Of a stretch of DNA of 64,000 nucleotides, positions 59,888-64,000 are shown in pieces (within the stretch, counting starts at the first letter, position 1; the number at the start of each line of letters is the position of its first letter). The position numbers were made by a program, and so were the translations under genes. Location: positions 128,001 through 192,000 of the forward strand of contig CAWIGG010000005.1 in assembly GCA_963835575.1 (NCBI GenBank). The letters run 5' to 3'. The notes beneath the pieces are model-generated. The model was not told the origin of the DNA. It saw nothing but the letters and a program-made list of their open reading frames with translations, and searched no databases. The DNA comes from an uncultured Spirochaetota bacterium. Its GTDB lineage: Bacteria; Spirochaetota; Brevinematia; Brevinematales; JAOACQ01.

Positions 59888-59963
59888 GGTCTTTGTATTT
59901 AAATTCTTAAATTTTCAATAAACCTTGTTTAAACAATCTATTCAATCTGCCGTTAACACAACC

Positions 59964-61166
59964 TCACAGCTTCCTTAATGCCTCAGCCGGCATCAGCTTT
60001 CCGGCATGCCGCGCGGGGTAGATCGTGGAAAGCGCCGGCACCAGAATGCTCAGAAAAATTGTTATCATAAGAACGTCCCAGCCCATCTGCGGACGGATGA
60101 TATACTCCATCGGCAGTGCAATTCCCTGCATCGCGAAGTCAAAATTAAAACCCACTTTGTTGAATATAAAATTAAATAAAAATCCGAGTAATCCTCCCAA
60201 TATGCCGCCCATCGCGCCGATGATCCCTCCTTCCAGAATAAAATTAAGGAAAATCTCCCTGTCTGTCATTCCCATGGCCTTAAGAGTGCCGATCTCACGG
60301 GTCCTTTCAAAAATAGCCATCATCATCGTGTTGATCACGACAAACGATGCCAGAAATACGATGAGAGCGTAAATAAAATAGAAGATCCATTTGCCGGTAT
60401 CCATAAAATCATAGAGATTCCCGAGCTGATCGCGGACATCCTGCACAGCCAGGCCTTCAGGGAGCATCTTTTTTATCAAATTTTTCACATTCCGGTCATT
60501 TCCCGCGTAAACAAGAAGTTCCGTAGTCCCTTTCTTTATTTTTAAAAGCTTCCTGGCATCATCAAGGCCGATAAAGAAAAACTGATCGTCGAACATTTCC
60601 ATATTATACTGAAAAATTCCCATGACCGGCAGTTTGATCCCGTTCAGCCCGCCCTCGGAAGTTTTTGTCGCCAGCAGAAGATTTTCGCCGAGTTTAACGC
60701 CCAGTTTCGCCGCCAGTTTCGTACCTATATAAATTCCGCTTTTCTCTATAGAACCCTCTTTTATTTTATCCTTCAGTTTCAACACGCTGTCTTTTAAATC
60801 TATCCCCATACCGAAAGCCGCAAAGGTTTTATCGCTATTTGCCAGCATAATACCGAACTTTATTCTTTCCTCAACCGATGATACTCCCGGTATTATTTTT
60901 ATCTGCCCGGAAAGTCCCGACGAATTTTCGACTATTTCATCCACAGGTATGAATTTTTCCCTTTTGATAAAACCTTCGGTAATAATACGCATGTCGCCTG
61001 TTTGATATCTTTTATAGTTGTCCAGCAGCATATCGATCATCCCGTTCATCCAGCCCATGGCCACGGCAACAATAAACGCGGCGGTAAAAACGGCGCTTGC
61101 CGTCAGGATGGTCCGTTTTCTGTTTTTTAACACATTGCGGAAAGCGAATTTTAAAATCATAAACAT
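59964..61166 (-). CDS. FtsX/LolE-type ABC permease (pair 2, second gene)
   Basis: KNRKRTILT; ERTREIGTLKAMGM; PAEALRKL. Confidence 0.85.
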   Translation of the reverse strand: MFMILKFAFRNVLKNRKRTILTASAVFTAAFIVAVAMGWMNGMIDMLLDNYKRYQTGDMRIITEGFIKREKFIPVDEIVENSSGLSGQIKIIPGVSSVEERIKFGIMLANSDKTFAAFGMGIDLKDSVLKLKDKIKEGSIEKSGIYIGTKLAAKLGVKLGENLLLATKTSEGGLNGIKLPVMGIFQYNMEMFDDQFFFIGLDDARKLLKIKKGTTELLVYAGNDRNVKNLIKKMLPEGLAVQDVRDQLGNLYDFMDTGKWIFYFIYALIVFLASFVVINTMMMAIFERTREIGTLKAMGMTDREIFLNFILEGGIIGAMGGILGGLLGFLFNFIFNKVGFNFDFAMQGIALPMEYIIRPQMGWDVLMITIFLSILVPALSTIYPARHAGKLMPAEALRKL

Positions 61167-61176
61167 GACAGTACTC

Positions 61177-62406
61177 CTATTGAATTGTACGCAGGCATTC
61201 GGCCGCCTGCATCCGGGTTGTCTTTTTCGCCGGATAGTAACTGGCCAGGGTGCTGGCTATGACCGATAAAATGAAAGCGTAAATGAATGAAGGGATGTCC
61301 CATACGGCCCGGATTGTGCCCGCCAGCCGCAAGGAAGCCATCATATTCTCGTTATTCTTCCCCACCATATCGGAAATACTATATCCGACGGCAACGAAAT
61401 ACCAGGTGACAAGCCCCCCCAGGATCAATCCCAGAATGCCTCCCAAAATGCCGATGATCAGCCCTTCCATGACAAACATGCCCTGCACTTCACTATCCGT
61501 CATGCCCATCGCCTTGAGCGTGCCGATCTCCCTTGTTTTTTCAAAGACCGACATCAGCATGGTGTTGACGATCCCGACAATGGCTATGATCGCTATGAAT
61601 ATGACAAAGATATAGGTTGTAATCTCATCCTGCATCGCGGCCCCCTCGATAGCCTCTGTCAATTCCCTCCAGACGGCGATCTGGTTCTGAGGAAGGTCTT
61701 TTTTCAAGTCGGCGCGGTATTTTTTATCATTATTTAAGTCTTCGGTAATAACTGTTATGGCCGTAACCCAGCCGGTATTGAGATATTTCTTGGCGTCCGG
61801 GAGCATGATATAACCCATGGAATTATTGACCATCGGATCGGTGGATTCGATGAGGCCTGTGACCTCAAATTCAACCGAATCTATCGTTCCCTGCCCGTTG
61901 CGGAATGTGAAATAGACATAATCGTTTAGCGAGAGCCCAAGGTCATCGGCCAGGGCTTTTCCCAGCATAACGCCGCCTTCTTCCAGCTTTCCTTTGTAAA
62001 TATAATTGGTCAATGAAAAAACCTCAGGGTCGCTTTTCAGATCAATCCCGGTCAGAATGCATGGCATTGAATCCCGGCCGTTATCGGCGTCAACCTGGAA
62101 TTGTATCCTTTCGGTGTAAGCCTTTACGTATTTTTTTGTTTTTAAAACAGCCTCAACTTCCGCCGCGTTCTGCATAAAATTGGACACCGAATAGGGATCA
62201 TCCTTGTCGAAATTGATGCTGCGGATCCTCAAATGCCCGGTGTCGAATTTGATATAATTATCGATGGACTGCTTTTTATATCCATGGACTATCCCGACCA
62301 TCAGGATATACAATGCGATGCCGACGGATAAAATGAAAAACGTCAATAGCGTCCTTCGCTTATACCTCAGGAGGTTTTTAAGCGCGAACGAAAAAATGAA
62401 TTTCAT
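61177..62406 (-). CDS. FtsX/LolE-type ABC permease (pair 2, first gene)
   Basis: RYKRRTLLT; EKTREIGTLKAMGM; YYPAKK...AECLRTIQ. Confidence 0.85.
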   Translation of the reverse strand: MKFIFSFALKNLLRYKRRTLLTFFILSVGIALYILMVGIVHGYKKQSIDNYIKFDTGHLRIRSINFDKDDPYSVSNFMQNAAEVEAVLKTKKYVKAYTERIQFQVDADNGRDSMPCILTGIDLKSDPEVFSLTNYIYKGKLEEGGVMLGKALADDLGLSLNDYVYFTFRNGQGTIDSVEFEVTGLIESTDPMVNNSMGYIMLPDAKKYLNTGWVTAITVITEDLNNDKKYRADLKKDLPQNQIAVWRELTEAIEGAAMQDEITTYIFVIFIAIIAIVGIVNTMLMSVFEKTREIGTLKAMGMTDSEVQGMFVMEGLIIGILGGILGLILGGLVTWYFVAVGYSISDMVGKNNENMMASLRLAGTIRAVWDIPSFIYAFILSVIASTLASYYPAKKTTRMQAAECLRTIQ

Positions 62407-62459
62407 AAGTACTCCTTGTCTTCTATATTATATAAAGTTAATGTTTGATTCAAAAAGCT

Positions 62460-62625
62460 GTCATTGCGAGCGCCCGGTTTTTTCTTAGCCATTGACTATC
62501 GCGCGAAGCAATCTGTCGGTAAAAAAAGATAACTTAACGTGCAGACAGATTGCTTCGCATTAAAATACTCGGCAGAGTATAAAGTCAGAAGCTCGCAATA
62601 GCCTGCCCTAAGCTTGCGAAGGGAC
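62460..62625. repeat. Palindromic element copy 2, with a 23-bp insertion at 62600-62622
   Basis: Aligns with 59745-59887; ctcgcaat[agcctgccctaagcttgcgaagg]gac. Confidence 0.8.
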
Positions 62626-62701
62626 GGACTTTGTGTTTAAATTCCTGGTTTTTCTGTAAGCCCTATTTAAACAATCTATTCAATTCACCGTTACCATATC
62701 C

Positions 62702-63913
62702 CTACAGCTTCCTCAATGCCTCCGCCGGCATAAGCTTCCCGGCGCTCCTGGCTGGGATCATGGCCGCCAGGCTTGATATAATAACAGCCGCCAAGATTGC
62801 AATAATCAATACGTCAATTCCTATATACGGGCGGACCACAAAGTTAAAGGGAAGGTCCATATTCTTTGCCTGCTCGAAACTCAAACCGGTGACGCTTAAA
62901 CTCAGCACGATCAGGTAGCCCAGAACCCCTCCGGGCAAAGCGCCTATCGTCCCAATGATGGCCCCTTCGAGGGTGAAGCTGTTAAATATATCCCTGTCGG
63001 TCATTCCCATCGCTTTCAGGGTGCCGATCTCGCGCATTCTCTCGAACACGGCCTGCATCATAGTGCTTATGATCACGAAGGAAGCGAGCAGAATAACCAT
63101 CAGGTCGAAGAAATAATAAATATATCTTGCCGTTTGAAGCAGGTCGTACAAACCGCCAACCTGTTCCTCGATATTTCTGACTGTATCCGGTTCCGGCAGG
63201 ATGGCAGATATCTTTCCCTGGACCTCCGGTATGGAATAGTCTCTCTTCGTAAAGACAAGGACCTCGGTGTCCAGGTCCTGCATTTTTAATAACTTCCTCG
63301 CGTTTGCCATGTCCAGGTAGAAGAATTTACTGTCGAACATCCCCACGCCGAAACTCAATAATCCCTTTACGCGTACCTTGATACCGTTCAGTCCCCCGTA
63401 TGTCGTTTTCGTGGCCAGCAGGATTTGATCCCCCGCCTTCAGATTGAGTTTGCCCGCGAGGGTATAACCTAAATAAAGCCCTTCCTTTTCAAGCGAACCC
63501 GGTTTTATTATTTTGTTTGAGAGATCGAGCCTCGGGCTGTTCAAATCGGCACCGATACCGAACGCCGGGACCGTATTCTGGTCGTTTCCCAGGAGAATGC
63601 CGAACCTTATTCTTTCCTCAACCGTGTCCACCCCGGGGATCTTTTTGATCTTATCCGCCAGTTGATCCGCGCCGGTCATCGTTTCATCGACCGGCAGGAA
63701 TTTTTCATATTTGACATAGTCCTTTGTAGTGACTTTAAGATTCCCTGTCTGATAATCAACATAATTGCTGTCGAAATTATCCAGAAAACCGTTCAATATC
63801 CCGATCATCAGCGCTATGACTATGGCCCCGGTAAAAATCGAAGCGGCGGTCAATAGAGATCTTCTGCTGTTCCTGAAAACATTTTTAAAAGCGAATTTGA
63901 AATTGGAACCCAT
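62702..63913 (-). CDS. FtsX/LolE-type ABC permease (pair 1, second gene)
   Basis: RNSRRSLLT; ERMREIGTLKAMGM; PAEALRKL; AAGGAGG before ATG 63913. Confidence 0.85.
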   Translation of the reverse strand: MGSNFKFAFKNVFRNSRRSLLTAASIFTGAIVIALMIGILNGFLDNFDSNYVDYQTGNLKVTTKDYVKYEKFLPVDETMTGADQLADKIKKIPGVDTVEERIRFGILLGNDQNTVPAFGIGADLNSPRLDLSNKIIKPGSLEKEGLYLGYTLAGKLNLKAGDQILLATKTTYGGLNGIKVRVKGLLSFGVGMFDSKFFYLDMANARKLLKMQDLDTEVLVFTKRDYSIPEVQGKISAILPEPDTVRNIEEQVGGLYDLLQTARYIYYFFDLMVILLASFVIISTMMQAVFERMREIGTLKAMGMTDRDIFNSFTLEGAIIGTIGALPGGVLGYLIVLSLSVTGLSFEQAKNMDLPFNFVVRPYIGIDVLIIAILAAVIISSLAAMIPARSAGKLMPAEALRKL

Positions 63914-63923
63914 ATCATCCTCC

Positions 63924-64000
63924 TTACTGGATAGTCCTGAGGCATTCCGCCGGCTGGAGCTTCGCGGTCTTATTGGCCGGGTAATAACTGGCAATAACGC
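63924..64000 (-). CDS. C-terminus of another FtsX/LolE-type permease (pair 1, first gene), partial
   Basis: ...IASYYPANKTAKLQPAECLRTIQ*, matching the end of 61177-62406. Confidence 0.8.
   Translation of the reverse strand, partial: VIASYYPANKTAKLQPAECLRTIQ

Noticed and set aside
1..64000. tRNA, rRNA, integron integrase, prophage genes
   Set aside because: None recognisable by eye. The remaining short ORFs in the track are antisense or off-frame shadows of the annotated genes.

Overview
AT-rich bacterial chromosomal window. A spirochaete-like anaerobe is inferred from FapA, the expanded LolC/E-type permeases, the HD-GYP sensors and a long attC-like site. The backbone encodes hydrolases, two-component and c-di-GMP signalling proteins, a Ser/Thr kinase-metallophosphatase-FHA-vWA operon, a DEAD-box helicase, and three tandem pairs of FtsX/LolE-type permeases. 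The mobile content is dense. (i) A class IIC group II intron (27167-29091) sits directly after a terminator. (ii) There are three IS1182-like elements with readable TIRs and TSDs: one in an SDR gene, one in an attC site, one inside an IS110. (iii) An IS110 element (34687-38014) has a left end that folds into a bridge RNA whose four guide segments match its own donor junction and insertion site. (iv) An integrase-less two-cassette array lies behind a sigma70 promoter. (v) Several families of short palindromic repeats (9-10-bp-period inverted arms, ~50-bp hairpin modules, ~23-nt micro-insertions, MITEs) nest inside one another and bracket the cassette array. An uncharacterised ~170-aa domain occurs twice: standalone at the head of the kinase operon, and fused to an HU/IHF-like domain. 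Five genes carry single-base homopolymer frameshifts that are probably sequencing errors. All calls were made by eye; no searches were run.
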